Assembly (NCBI RefSeq): GCF_964204645.1
Contig: NC_134030.1
Span: forward strand, 18,994,210 to 19,058,209
Direction of reading: 5' to 3'
From: Tubulanus polymorphus
Lineage: Eukaryota > Animalia > Nemertea
DNA: 64,000 nucleotides
Part shown: positions 27,991-40,744 of the stretch, in pieces
Layout: each line of letters begins with the position of its first letter
How positions within the stretch are numbered: the first letter of the stretch is position 1
The notes under the pieces: generated by a model
Database searches by the model: none
Told to the model about the DNA's origin: nothing
The model's input: the letters and a program-made list of their open reading frames with translations, nothing else
Made by a program: the position numbers and the translations under genes

Positions 27991-28225
27991 ACGAAAATAT
28001 CTACGAGTGAGATATGGTAAGGTGGCGCCACTGGTGCTTTGGTCGATGACTCTTCGTCAAGATCAAGTTTTGTTAAGTCGCGGTCAGAAGTTGAGCAGCA
28101 TCACTCGACAGAGATTCGCAAAATATTTATTTAGTAGTCTTTAGTCAAATATGGTCATTCACATCTATATACGTATGTATTCAAATATAGATGGTGTACA
28201 TGTGTAATCCCCGGTACATGTGTAA

Positions 28226-28450
28226 TCATACCAGACCCGATCATACCAGACCCGATCGTACCAGACCCGATCGTACCAGACCCGATCGTACCAGACCCGA
28301 TCGTACCAGACCCGATCGTACCAGACCCGATCGTACCAGACCCGATCATACCAGACCCGATCGTACCCGATCCGATCATACCAGACCTGATCGTACCAGA
28401 CCTGATCGTACCAGACCTGATCGTACCAGACCTGATCGTACCACACCCGA
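28226..28450. repeat. 15-bp minisatellite (CCAGACCCGATCGTA)n
   Basis: About 15 tandem copies; they explain the WYDRV/GSGTI/TRPDR ORFs. A (GAAT)n run follows at ~28518-28550. Confidence 0.95.
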
Positions 28451-29799
28451 TGTCTTTGTGTTGTGATTCATTCAAGCAGACTCTCAAAGCAGTTCTATAG
28501 CCTGTTAGCTAAACCGATGAATGAATGAATGAATGAATGAATGAATGAATGTATGTATTTAGCTTCACTTTAGTCCTCATTTGAAAAAAAGAAATTAAAA
28601 CTAGTCACCCTCGTCACTTTTGGGATTTGGAATAAGACTTTCTATTTTTCACTTTTCTAAAAAGGGAAATAAAACATAAACCTGCCTTGCACGTCAATTT
28701 TCCAAAGAATTTAATGAGAAACAAAGGTACGGTACGTTTTTCTTTGCGTGGGCTAGTAATCTAGTATTCTAATAATATTCAAATACCGATAAATCCATAT
28801 TGACATAATGAGGTGGTCAGATACATAAAATCCACATTGACATATAGATCAAAGTCAAATAGATAAAGTTGTCTCGAGGTAAAAAAGCCTGATTTAGATA
28901 TATTTATAATCATTATAAGGTTGTAATTAAATATAGTAGTCCCCGGTAGTAGTCTGTCAATCAAATATAAAAGAATTAGTAGTATTGTATTCACATACGT
29001 ACGCATGCCTCACCCCCTCTTTAAACTGTATATGTACTTCACATTTCAACTTAACCCCATCCACATTTTTGTGCGCGCGTATTGAAAAACCGTTTAATTG
29101 AAAGACCGATATATTGTGTATCTACAGTTTTCTTGCTGAATTAATAAATATCGTTTTTACTGTTGTACTATTTTTCTTGTCGATTGTGTCGAATGTCTCC
29201 AATCATTTATGAACACTATCGGGTGCCACTACACACAGTATTGCGTACTTAGGATGAAAGTACGACCAGGAGCGGTGTCGTCACTAGACTGATGCAAAGA
29301 CTGCGTTAATTGATTGTCACTAGCTTTAATGAAAAAAATGAAAAAATAAAAATTGTTTAATATAGATGAGTATAGAAAGTACAAAGGTTTCAAAGATAGA
29401 AAATAATATTAATATCTGAACGATAGAAGTACCATCAAAACATATGAATAATAGATATATAAATTCTTTATTACCGGTTTACTATTTAACAATTAATGGG
29501 AATTTTGCTGATTTATCTGTAAATATATATTTTCGATAGGAGAATAATGAATTATTTAATACTACGGACATATTTTGCGATAACATAATATTGTGCAAAA
29601 TAATAACTGAACAATATAGCTGCAAAGCAGCGATAACGGGTTTTCCGCACATCCTCGTTCGTATTCTTGATCTCGTCTGAATACTGTGTCGACGATCGTG
29701 TGTACGCGATGCAGCCAAACCATGCCATAAAGATTGAAGGAAAGTTAGAGTCCTGTTCAACTGTCAAAACGGTTTTATAAAAGGACGGTTGACAAACAG

Positions 29800-30320
29800 T
29801 CAATGAGGCCTACTTTGAAACCATGGATGACTGGACCAGATGGTTATTTTACTCTGGAAAATCGACTCTTAGGCCTCAATTAGTCTTTATGGATTTCAAA
29901 AAAGCATTTGATAAGGTCCAACATCAGCGATTACTAAATAGGCTTTTCGGAAACGATATCAATGATGGGTTGCTTAAATGGCTCAGCAGATTTCTCTGAA
30001 CGAAAACAGGTGGCCGAAATCAACGAAACTGTCTCATCTTGGAATAAATCGGTCTAACTAGTGGAGTCACGCAAGATGTAGTATCCTAAGTCGTCTTCTC
30101 TTCGCTCTCCTGATAGATGATATACACAGAGTAATTCAAAATGTACCGGACGGAGTATATTTCCAAAACGACCTAATTCAAAATGTACCGGACATAGTAT
30201 ATTTCCAAAACGACATAAACAAGCTGTGTTCCAGTCATGGCCAGACACATGGAAGATAGGCTTCAACCTGAAAGGCATGATATGGATATTGGATAAAGGA
30301 AACCCAGGTTCAGATTATAC
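29800..30320 (+). mobile_element. Decayed CR1-type LINE RT fragment
   Basis: Translates in part as VFMDFKKAFDKVQHQRLLNRL...LLKWLSRFL* and later WPDTWKIGFN, with stops and frameshifts. Confidence 0.75.
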
Positions 30321-30324
30321 CTTT

Positions 30325-30880
30325 GTGTTCGAATAAGAAGATTATTTTGTTCGAATAAAGTATACTTATTATCACGAAAATACTATTTCGCTCCATCAGA
30401 ATTTTGCTCTTTGGAAAGAAAAACGCTTCGATCGAACAGTATATCTGTTCGAACAAAAAACTTAATGTTCCGATGAAAATCTTGTTCGAATGAAAACAAT
30501 TCCGTTTGATGGAACAATACGCTTTTTGTTCAAATGAAAACCTTTCATCGTTCTGACAAAAAATGTGTTCGAATAAAAAGCTATGTTATTGTTGAAGTGA
30601 AAAATTTTTGTCCCGACAAACAATTTTGTCGAGTGAAAACAATTTTGTTTCGAACAAATGTTTGAATGAAAATATTTCTGTTCGATTGAAAAACTTTTTA
30701 CAATGTACTTGTTCGAACGGAAAACTTAACATTCTGACAAGTGAATGATAACGATTCTGTTCGTTCGAACAATTGGTTGTTTGAACGAAAACAACTTTGT
30801 CCTAACGGTTTTTTCAAATTGGTTCAATCGAATGAAATATTATTGGTTCGAAGGAAAAAATTTTTGTTTCAACGAAAAAA
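30325..30880. repeat. Degenerate satellite-like array with a recurring TTGTTCGAA core
   Basis: More than 20 variants of TGTTCGAA..AAAA spaced about 20-25 nt apart. Confidence 0.7.
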
Positions 30881-32507
30881 GATCTTTCCCGGGATCCGCA
30901 GTAACTTAAGTTTTTAGGAATTAATTCTTCATCTTTGCCAATAGAATATGGTTAATAATTGTGATTGATCATTGGAAGTCAGAACCAGTTAATCACTTAT
31001 ACATGCATTTTAATAAATCTGATTCCTCCTTTATAGTGAACTTAGCTTTAACCTAGTAGAGGCTACTAGGCTACGTAGGCCTATGTATCTGCGTAGGCCT
31101 AACATCCGGACGGACTGGTTGAGCAAAAATAATATACATGTATACTTTTAATCGCGCTGTTGTTTTAATTCACCATTAATTAATCATTACTCACACAATC
31201 AGTTAGACATCTGTCAATTCGACACCTGTGATAACCGTTTGTTTTGTAATTAATTGTGTGCTCAAACATGTCTGTCAACTTTTGTAGTATTATATAAAAA
31301 GAATGTAAATCCATGAACAAGCAGTTGAGTTTGACACGAGTCTTGGAGCCTGATACATCTTGCAGGCAAATTCCCAAGCTACTCGATTGAGAATCTAAAG
31401 AATAAAATCGTCTACGTTTAGTGCTGAAAACTACTAGCTTTCTCATTGTTGCATAACCAGGATTTAATCGTAGCTGGAGCTTCCCCGAAAGACGAATTAG
31501 AACAATTAGTTTTGTTAAATTGGTTATTGAAAATCTATTCGTTTCAACGAGATGTACATTCACACAAGTTTTGAAAATTCGATTGAAAATCTTTAAAGTG
31601 AATCGTCTTTGAATGATTTGTGACAAAAACAAATTACGTTATTTATCAGAAAACATGAACATCGTTTAGGGTAGAAATAACATGATGCGTTTCAGAGTCC
31701 AAGTTGAAACTTTTATGTACATACGTTTTGATTATCTACTTAGGGCTAGTAGCCAACCATGTCTTGATTTTGAAGATAGTGGAACTTTTTATTGGAAGCG
31801 GAAATTTTTTTAAAGAAAGATGTTCCACATAGGTCGGGTCGTGGAACTTGAGGAGAACCCGCCTGGACGATTTTTGAAAATGAGATGTAAAGAGAAGCAT
31901 TCTCACACCTTCAAGAATATTTGGGGTGAAAATTGTATGTCTTTCTCCAAAAATGTTGCCTGAAATCAAGTAAGTTTGGAAGCATACGAATATTTTGAAT
32001 ATAAGCAAATGAAAATGTTTTACCAATGAATGAAACTTATGAAATCAATGTTCAAATATTCTTAAGGCGGTCATCTGGGTGGAACTTCGTTGAGTGTTCC
32101 GATTTACCATTCACAATGCCGTATTTTGAACTGTGGAAATAAAGCAATTCAGTGGGAAACTGAGTTAATAAAGACATGGACCTCGCCAGTTTTTTCTGAG
32201 TGTCCATATATAAATACTATAATATACAAATGTGATTGTCACCTAAACAATGCAACGACATTAATAAATATACATATACATAGATTTATCATTACTTTCA
32301 TCATGCATGAAGCATTGATTTACATTTTTCCCAGACAGACACAGGTTGACGGTAAGATTATCTGGACGTTCGGTAGAAGTAAGCCTCTTAAAACCGTATG
32401 AATATCATTGCGCTAAATACGCCCGATTTATCCTCTGTTCATCGACATTCTTTAAAAAACAGGAATGTATTTGACACGCGAGCTTTGAATCTTATCACTC
32501 AACAAAC

Positions 32508-33843
32508 ATGAAGGTTTGTACCACGAATATCAACAGGAATCAGAATTATTAGAACTGTTAGTAAACTGTAGGTCTGTGTTGTATACACATGTTCGAATAT
32601 TGGTCATTTTACAGGTCTTCGTTTTGGTTGTCGAAGTCGTGTTACTCATTTCAGGAGTAGTTTCCACCGAAGGTAAGCGAATTGGACCTTATTTGGATCC
32701 TCGTGATTTTAATTATAAAATGAAAAAAATTAAGTGTATCGAATCCGATATGTACATGTATCTCATAAATAACCAACCAAACTCTCGGTTTTCATTCCAT
32801 TCTTATCGATAATTGGTTATGTTGATAATAACGATAATTAAGCAATTACTAGAAAACGGCGTAATGTCGCGCGTGTCATCGCGATAAATTAAAAGTTAAG
32901 TTTTTCCTTTGAAGAGTGCGAGAGCTAACAAAATTCAAGATTTCCGATTGTGGCAATGAGCGAGAAAGCTGCAGTAAATCATGTACCTATCCATAACTCA
33001 AACCGGGTTTAAAAGGAAATCGCAGGTTATTCGATGTTTGTAGACCGCTAACAGCTGACTGACGCGAGGACTGAGACGTGCATGATTCACTAATGAATGA
33101 ATAGTAAATCGTGATTTTAGAGGAAAATATGTGGTGGTGAAATGGACTAGATGATACTAAAACAAAGTATCATTATCGTCAATTAAATCCTCAGAGGATG
33201 TCATAGGTGACTATAGCGCTCTACACACATCAAATAATGCCCATTTCATTAAACTTGGTCTGGGGTACGTAGGTCACTGAATGATATGATATGATATTGT
33301 GTCGGTGCACTTATTCCCGTCATTTCGTTGTTAGGCCTGAGCGGAACACGGATTAACGGGTTCCGCCCAGACAAAGCCTAATTAGTGCTCATGGTTTTTA
33401 ATTATGTTCATGTTTTGTTTATTGTAAATAGCAGCCATTATGTACAAAAGATACTAACATTTATTAAATCACTGTCAATTCTACTAACCGACTCGAAGAA
33501 TGAACAACACTGTTTATAGTCATACTGATTGCTGCCTCTCGTGTTTGATCTTGGATTATAATTATTTGTGTTACGTTGTGTATCAAAGTCTTACATCGCT
33601 ATAGTACAACGCCCGGTTAAAAACCGTTCTCCAAAACAGTAATCGAGTTGGCACAATTTGAAAACGATACTGTTTTTTTTTTCTATTTCAGAATTATCTT
33701 CTCATAGAACCAAAAGGCGTTTTCCGTGTACGTGCGCTGACGGTAAACGAGGTGTAAGATTCTATGAGGTCGGTTGCGGCAATGGATACCACAAATGTGG
33801 TTATAGATCGTACTATAACCCGACAACTTGTTGCTCCAAATAA
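32508..33843 (+). CDS. Secreted Cys-rich prepropeptide, beta-defensin fold, sea-anemone NaTx/BDS-like (71 aa, 3 exons)
   Basis: Exons 32508-32513 (MK), 32615-32672 and 33692-33843, total 216 nt. Product: MKVFVLVVEVVLLISGVVSTEELSSHRTKR-RFPCTCADGKRGVRFYEVGCGNGYHKCGYRSYYNPTTCCSK*. It has a signal peptide, a furin-type RTKR site and six Cys in a CxC-C-C-CC pattern; AATAAA at 33882. Confidence 0.85.
33330..33410. repeat. Dispersed hairpin-headed repeat; second copy at ~41268-41345
   Basis: TGTTAGGC.TGAG.GGAACACGGATTAACGGGTTCC.CCCAGAC.AAGC is present at both sites. Confidence 0.75.
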
Positions 33844-35165
33844 GGGATCTGTTATGAGTCGATAATTCGACGATTCTAATGAATAAAGGATATCATTTCA
33901 ATGCAATTGATTATCGGTCTGTTTTTTCGTTGATTTTCCTGGTTGAGATACGTAGTCGCTAAAATATCGAAAGTTTGCTGCTGTTCTAGAATGAAATAAC
34001 CGATGTTCGGTTGGTCTGATACAGCGGGAAACTGTGCCGAGGATTGTTTTGCCCGCGGGTGCGATGGGAAGCCGCCAACGCTATTGTGGCAATCGATGAT
34101 TCCTCATGTTGCAAGCAAATATCCGCCGGGTGTCGCTAGTGTAGATGATAAATCAATCTCGTATATGTACGACGTTCAGAAGCTTTCTCGGTTAATGAAG
34201 ACATAAATCTGAATTGCTACAAGTATCGACATTTTAAAAATCCCTATTCTGCATCGGAATGCAGAGCTTAACTACAAAATGACGTCGATAGGAACTATTG
34301 TTGAATAGTTTATCGTTTCCAAATCATCGAGTTGTTTTCTGTAAGATTGTTAATTCGATTCAATGCACACGAGATTCTGTAGAAAATGTTATTGTTGCAA
34401 CCAGCGTAGTTAGGTTTATATTTTGTAACTGTTTGTACTGCTGCTGCCTGGCAGTAACATATTAAGGTCAGCTAATCATTTAGCAACACGTCAATCTGTG
34501 TTAACTTATTGTTTTTAATAGTGCGTGGATATTTTGGTGGAAAATTATAGACTTTCTAATTTCCAACACGTAGATGACCTTAAAATCGATTAAACAAAAT
34601 CATTTCTTTATCCAAGGTGCATTCCGATAAAGTTCACTTTTGAAAATCGCAAACAATTCCAAAACGCGTAATGTTATTCTTGAATTAGCCCCAAGAATTA
34701 AAAGTCAGCCCTCACTTACTGCTGGTTAAACCCTAAGTACCGGTAGTACTTGGTCTCGATGAGTACGTAGAATGATCCTTAATAATATATATAATAACGG
34801 GCTAGAGAGGGCAGGGGCGTGCGACGGCATGCGAGGACGATCTAACTATGCCATCTCGAGAGTCACGGAGATCACCACGACAGAGGCTATCCTGGTTTCT
34901 CTCGGTGACTGATCGGTGACATAGAAATAGTTTTTATAAACAGGTCTTTGCTGCTGAACGGCACTTCAAAGCAAATCTAGTGATTGTACTCTCCCCTTTG
35001 TACTACATGCACTTTTTCGAATTTAATTTGATGTCCTACTGATCACTCGCGACAATGGCGGATCAGTCCATTACCATCTCCACAGGTAGAGAAAATGTTC
35101 GTCATAATAGAGTTAAATCTTTGTTTTTTAAATTTGATCTACAAATCTCGCACATGATACCAATA

Positions 35166-38100
35166 CTAAAACCTATGTACTGCATACGAATAATCAGTTG
35201 TTGTATCGTCGGTGGCGCCCCCTAATGCATATTTATCGCAGATATATTCCACAGAAGCGTAAGAATATAGTTGGACGTCATCGTCCACGCGCTCACTGCA
35301 GGTACGATTATTTCCGGCTTCCATATTCATGTACGGCGTGGTATCTTTGCCCTTTCCGGCTTCCATATTCATGTACGGAGTGGTATCTTTGCCCTTTCCG
35401 GCTTCCATATTCATGTATGGAGTGGTATCTTTGCCCTTTCCGGCTTCCATATTCATGTACGGAGTGGTATCTTTGCCCTTTCCGGCTTCCATAATCATAT
35501 ACGGACTTGCAACGTTGCCCTTTACGGCTTCCATATTTATGTATCCAGATGTATTTATGTTGTTATCAGCCTCTGAACTCCCGGCCTCGAAATCCAAACG
35601 CGGATTTGTATCTTTTTTTAAGCTTGTAACATTCGGAATGGTTTGCAGTAATCCGGCCTCGGTATCTGACTCGATGTCGTCGTCCAAAACCTCATAGACT
35701 TCGTCTACCTCCAGCGGTTGCTGCTGATTCGTAGTCGGGGCTGTATCCTCCACGCGACCTTTACCGGACTGTCGTCTGCGTCTGAAAAATGTGTTATTTT
35801 GCGCATGAAAAAAAGGAAAATGCTGATCGTAAAATGAAGCCATTTTTGTAATTCATTGTGTAAGACCTTAATAATGACCGATCGCCTCTAAAGATGAAGA
35901 ACTTCTCCAAAACATCAGCTAACAACTAGGCAATCTCATAGGATCTGCTAACAACTATACTGGTGGCTGCCAAAATTCGAACTCTCTCCCTCTCTACTCG
36001 TTTCCCAACTTAACTACTCTCTCGCTCTACCAAGTTTCAACCACGTGATCTCTCCCTACCAAATTTAGTGTGGTTTCTACAGAATCTGCAACCTCCATCA
36101 ACCACTCTCCGACTAGAAATATATTTCCAACCACCAACACTACATACCAAGTTTCCGAATCATGTTTCTGAATTACTCCCTTAGACTAAGCTATTTACAT
36201 TTCTTGTTTTCTTCGTTAAAACCAACTATTCACATTTAATCATTATTTTTATATGTTATTTGTTTCCCCAGACGTTATTAATATTTATACCATAATTTGA
36301 GTAACCCTAGTCAACTATCAATTGCACGGTTAAAAGAAAATCCCGGATAGTTTGGAATCGGTCCGGGTTAATTAAGTCATCTAGATGTGAACACTCGTAA
36401 ATCTGCCCGGTTTATTCAGCCTCGAACTAAAAGGATTTCTATAAAATTCAGCTGAGTGTATACCTGCATATGATGATAACAACGATGATAATGATGAGGA
36501 GAAAACCGGTCGCTCCACCAGCGATGTAGCCAATCATCGTACCCCAGTCACGAGTGGTCCGGTTACTGCTCTCCGATTCTGTCGGATCGACGCGGTCAGT
36601 CTAAATGAAACGAACAAGTTTCATTATCTTGACATAGCTGTCAGGGAAGATAATATTCGCACTAGTTATGGTTATAACAATTATAAGATAGGCTTGAACC
36701 AAAATGAACGCGTATCATCAATATACTAGACGATTATATAGTTTAAAATACACTTTTGTATCAACCTGAAAGCAGTTTCTTAGTGATTGTGATGTTTTTA
36801 TTTGATTGTGCCACGGATGTAGATATACCATAGGCCTACTTAGATATTTCAAATGAGATTTTGATTATATCTTCAATTCTTACTAACCTCGTATTTCGAG
36901 CCAACTTTTTCTACATTCACCAGCTTGATTCTGAATGATAAAGACAAACTTACACTCGAATCAAATCAAATTTACAGCATACAAATGACAATGCATGACT
37001 GGCGAACGAGCGAATCGAGTGAATGACTTTATTCGTTGCCCAACTTCATAATCATAATTTAATTCTCAGTTATCGACTTAGCAGATAGTAGAATGATAAC
37101 CGAAGTCGATGCCCTATTTCTTAATGCATAATTAGTACGAAGACTCCCTTCTGAGATGCGAGTACTTAATTTCTAACATTTTTAGAGCTAAAATCTAAGA
37201 TTTAAGAGCAGTTTAATCGAGTCCGTGATTAATTTAATGATACGAACGAGGATTGCCAAACAGAAGGGATTTCTCAACAACGTAAAGATCTTTATCTTGC
37301 CCCTGAATATCTGACGTCTCTTTTGACAGTTAATAATGTTAAATGAAATGGACACTGACCCCGATTCAAAGATTGCAGTTTGTGTCCTGTTTGTTGAGGG
37401 ATCTACAAAAGAAAAATAACTAGACAATTACGTTCACTATGGATGGGTTCGATTTCTCTTTGCAATGATTGTTCTTTTTTTTTAGATAAAAGTAACCGAC
37501 TATTCTGTCCTAGAAAAAATACACTGAAAGGAGCTACTGGTACAAATTAGCGCGAAACCAGTGAACTTGTAACTTCTCATCGAGTTTATTTGTTTAGGTA
37601 GCTGAATGTGGGCATATTTCATCTTATATATTTTCTTTTCTAGGGCTGCTTTCTAGTATAAGCTAACTGTTGCTTCAAAGCAGTCCCTCATCTAATATTA
37701 TTATAATTTTAATGTATTTGTTTATCCATTAATTCTGTAAAAATGTTACATGAAAATCAAATCAAATCAAATCAAATCGCATAATTGCATATTACCATTC
37801 GTCGTTATATTAACTCCCGCCGTCGGCCGTACGCTGGCGCCATCTTTATGCGCGAGATGATCTTTGAAACCTACGTTCGAAAATGAGTGAATCAGTTAAC
37901 AATTTTCCTGAGTTCGAACGATAAGCAAACGTCACCAACTCATACTAAAGTCACCGTCTTGGATAGCGCCTCGGTGTGACAATGTCATCCCAAATCAGGC
38001 GTGATACAAGATGGCCGCGTTGATGTGAATTTCAAGTTTAATTTTGACGTACTAGGGGGCGTGACAGTAGGATTAGAAAGTATCTGTACATCACCGCCAT

Positions 38101-39663
38101 ACATCCACCTCTCGTCACAACTGAATGTGTAAACGACTTCGGTTCCATTCACAATTCGCATAAATTCAATCTAAAATGATGCATTCATTAAATATAACAA
38201 TAATGAACTTAAAATGAAATCGTGAACGTCGAGTAATTAGTAAGTTAAATATCTGAAATAAAATGTCAGGGTTTGAACAATGAAAATCAAATCTACGGAA
38301 AGCTATGATTTTGGTTCGTTGCGTTCGCATTTCTTATCAATTCCATCTAAAATGAAGCATTCATTACACAAACAATCAGTGAATAATGAACGTATTCGCG
38401 GAGGCTGAATAATTCGATTGATAGAATTGTGTAAAAATGTTGATAATAATTATCTTATGTTTGGGTTTTCAATGATAAAAATCTGACGTGTGGGATGATC
38501 TATCTCTGGGTTATTATCCTTGTTCAGCTTATTGCTTATTGCTAATCGCATTTAGCTTATTGATACATAGGTTAGCGTGGGTCATGAAATAACGGCGGAT
38601 CCCTCGATGTTTGACTAAATTGGATCGTGTCGAACATACCCCGCTAGAGACCGAAATGTGCCTACCTTTTGTGGTGCCCAAGCTTTGTCATAAATAGAGA
38701 AATAGGATTCCACTTTCAATACGACCTTTTCAGGAATACTTATGTCCTTGGCCCGCAGTAACCACATCTTGTATGTGTTTCTCTTAAACGTGGCATCTTC
38801 CAGATGTATTGTCGTGTTTTCTGTATTTCTGCCGGTCATTTTTATGGAAACATGTCCCGTGAATCCTCCAAAATTCCAGTTTCTAGTGTATGCAACTAAC
38901 GTCCAATTTACTGAAATTCAAATCAGCTATATTTTACCAAAACCTATTATGACGGGACAGCCATTTAAATCTCAATTACTTAGTTGCAGTCCATTCCTAA
39001 AATCATTTCTGAATAAGAAAACTAAAACTAAGTTTATTGACGCCTCGTAAAATAACACATATAATTGCTTAAAATTGTCGATGATAAAAGTTATGATATG
39101 AATTACGTAAAATTAAGGCTCAATAAAGTTTATTTTTGGATTGAAATATTGATAATTGAATTGACTTGACCGGCGACCAGTATTGCCTCGATATATTGAT
39201 AAATTATCTTGTGCATATTTTGAAAAGATACCTCTCAATTTATATTTGATGAATTTCAATAATCATAAAATTATTTGATTACATAACATACGTTAAAATT
39301 CACAATTGATCTTGTTATTTTGAAACACCAAATATTGATGACGTCGTGTACATCCAATCACACAGAACCCCTTGAATAACGCATACTAGGTATCAATGTA
39401 TGTAAACATAATTGTAACGGTTTTTACTGCGTCAAAAAATTTTCCATTTTGAGAGACAAATTGATATATAGAAATATATTCCCCAATAATTATAAACTCT
39501 TTAACTCTGAGCCGTCAAACCATATCTATGATTGCTTTGCGTATTGGATACCTCCGATCAATTTGAAAAATACATTATCGGTCCCGAACTTACCGGGTCT
39601 GCTTCTAGAAGCAGTTATGATTAAAAGCCAGATAAGCAGCCCTGCGCAAACCCTCCTATCCAT
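35166..39663 (-). CDS. Type I membrane protein: signal peptide, PLAT/LH2-like domain, S/T stalk, TM, and cytoplasmic tail with tandem YxxM motifs (~448 aa, 8 exons)
   Basis: Exons 39663-39594 (MDRRVCAGLLIWLLIITASRSRP), 38910-38666, 38170-38053, 37870-37796, 37402-37360, 36930-36888, 36600-36464 (TM IGYIAGGATGFLLIIIIVVIIIC) and 35781-35166. Total 1347 nt, in phase. PLAT-like pattern: WTLVAYT...GGFTGHVSIKMTG...FKRN...KDI...W..QKI...YTFSCDERW. The two 43-nt stalk exons are the least certain part. Confidence 0.78.
35313..35545 (-). repeat. Coding 42-bp minisatellite (EAGKGKDTTPYMNM)n
   Basis: Four near-identical units and two diverged ones in the last exon of the PLAT receptor. Confidence 0.92.
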
Positions 39664-40045
39664 TTCACTAGCGACCAGTCGGTCTCATACAAATTATGCG
39701 CATATATCGCCTGGTAAATTGGCGTTCCTCAATTCACGATTTTACTTCCTCGATTTCTAGTACATTTTATCAACAAGCGAAAATGACAGCTGTATTGTCA
39801 CAATATATAGATATATAATAATTAATGGCACATATAATTGAAATTTCATATCTGCGGGTGTTTTTTTTGTCTCCCCAACATTTTTTTAACTATAGCCGTA
39901 TGTGAATAGCGGTTTGCAGCATCCGGGGACGTGACAAAGGAAATATAGAAATTTGATTTTTTATATGTCGAGGTATACCTTTAATGATTGATAAAATGAT
40001 CTGTTAATGTAAACTACTGAATGTAGTTATATGTATATCGTAGTC

Positions 40046-40744
40046 GAATCCGGGTCATTATACCTCCGCCCAAAATACCTCCACCCAAATATCCCACACC
40101 CAGAATCCCTCCGCCCAGAATACCCTCCTATGTTTCCAAAATACCTCCAGGCCCTAGATCGAATGGGTTTATGCCTGAAGAACAATCATTAGGAACCTAA
40201 TTTTTTAGAATTTATCCCATCAAAGTTTGAATTTACAGCCACGATATTCAAATAAACCAAAGTTCTGTAGTTTAAAAGTAGTTAATTGAGCAAAACAAAG
40301 TATAATGTTAATTTCAGTGTATTGTTCGAAGATCATTGTTGCAGTTAAATGGAAATGAACTGAATTTAGTGTGTATACCGAAATGTAGTACATTGTTTTC
40401 TTACATTATAATCCCTATCCCTACCTTGTTTGTTCAAATTGGGTCGATTTGTAAATTTCCCAGCCATAACTAATTGGAAGTGAACATTGTCATTAATTGT
40501 TATTCAATTATTATTCAGTAGAGGCTTATATATATACCGTAATACATTATATATGATCCTATACATGCATGTATGATAGTCAATATTGGTGGTACAAATA
40601 CATCTAAATAATAGAATTATAGTATTTCTTTTAATTATGGGTGGAGGTATTTTGGACACATATGAGGGTATTCTGGGTGGAGAGATTCTGGGTGTGGGAT
40701 TTTGGACGGAGGTATTTTGGGCGGAGGTATTATGGGCGTATCCC
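40046..40744. mobile_element. Mutator-like (MULE) non-autonomous element with 9-bp TSD
   Basis: ATCGTAGTC is duplicated at 40037-40045 and 40745-40753. The ~85-bp imperfect TIRs are built of ATACCTCCGCCCAAA sub-repeats. Confidence 0.85.

Noticed and set aside
28155-28487. Pentapeptide-repeat ORFs (GSGTI, WYDRV, TRPDR)
   Set aside because: 15-bp minisatellite open in several frames, with no gene context.
31180-32026. 150-aa and 96-aa minus-strand ORFs
   Set aside because: No recognisable motifs or splice structure.
37139-37359. Second PLAT-like exon in the receptor gene
   Set aside because: It needs frameshifts and gives an incompatible phase. The short exon ending at the GTCAGT donor keeps the frame, although a decayed domain cannot be excluded.
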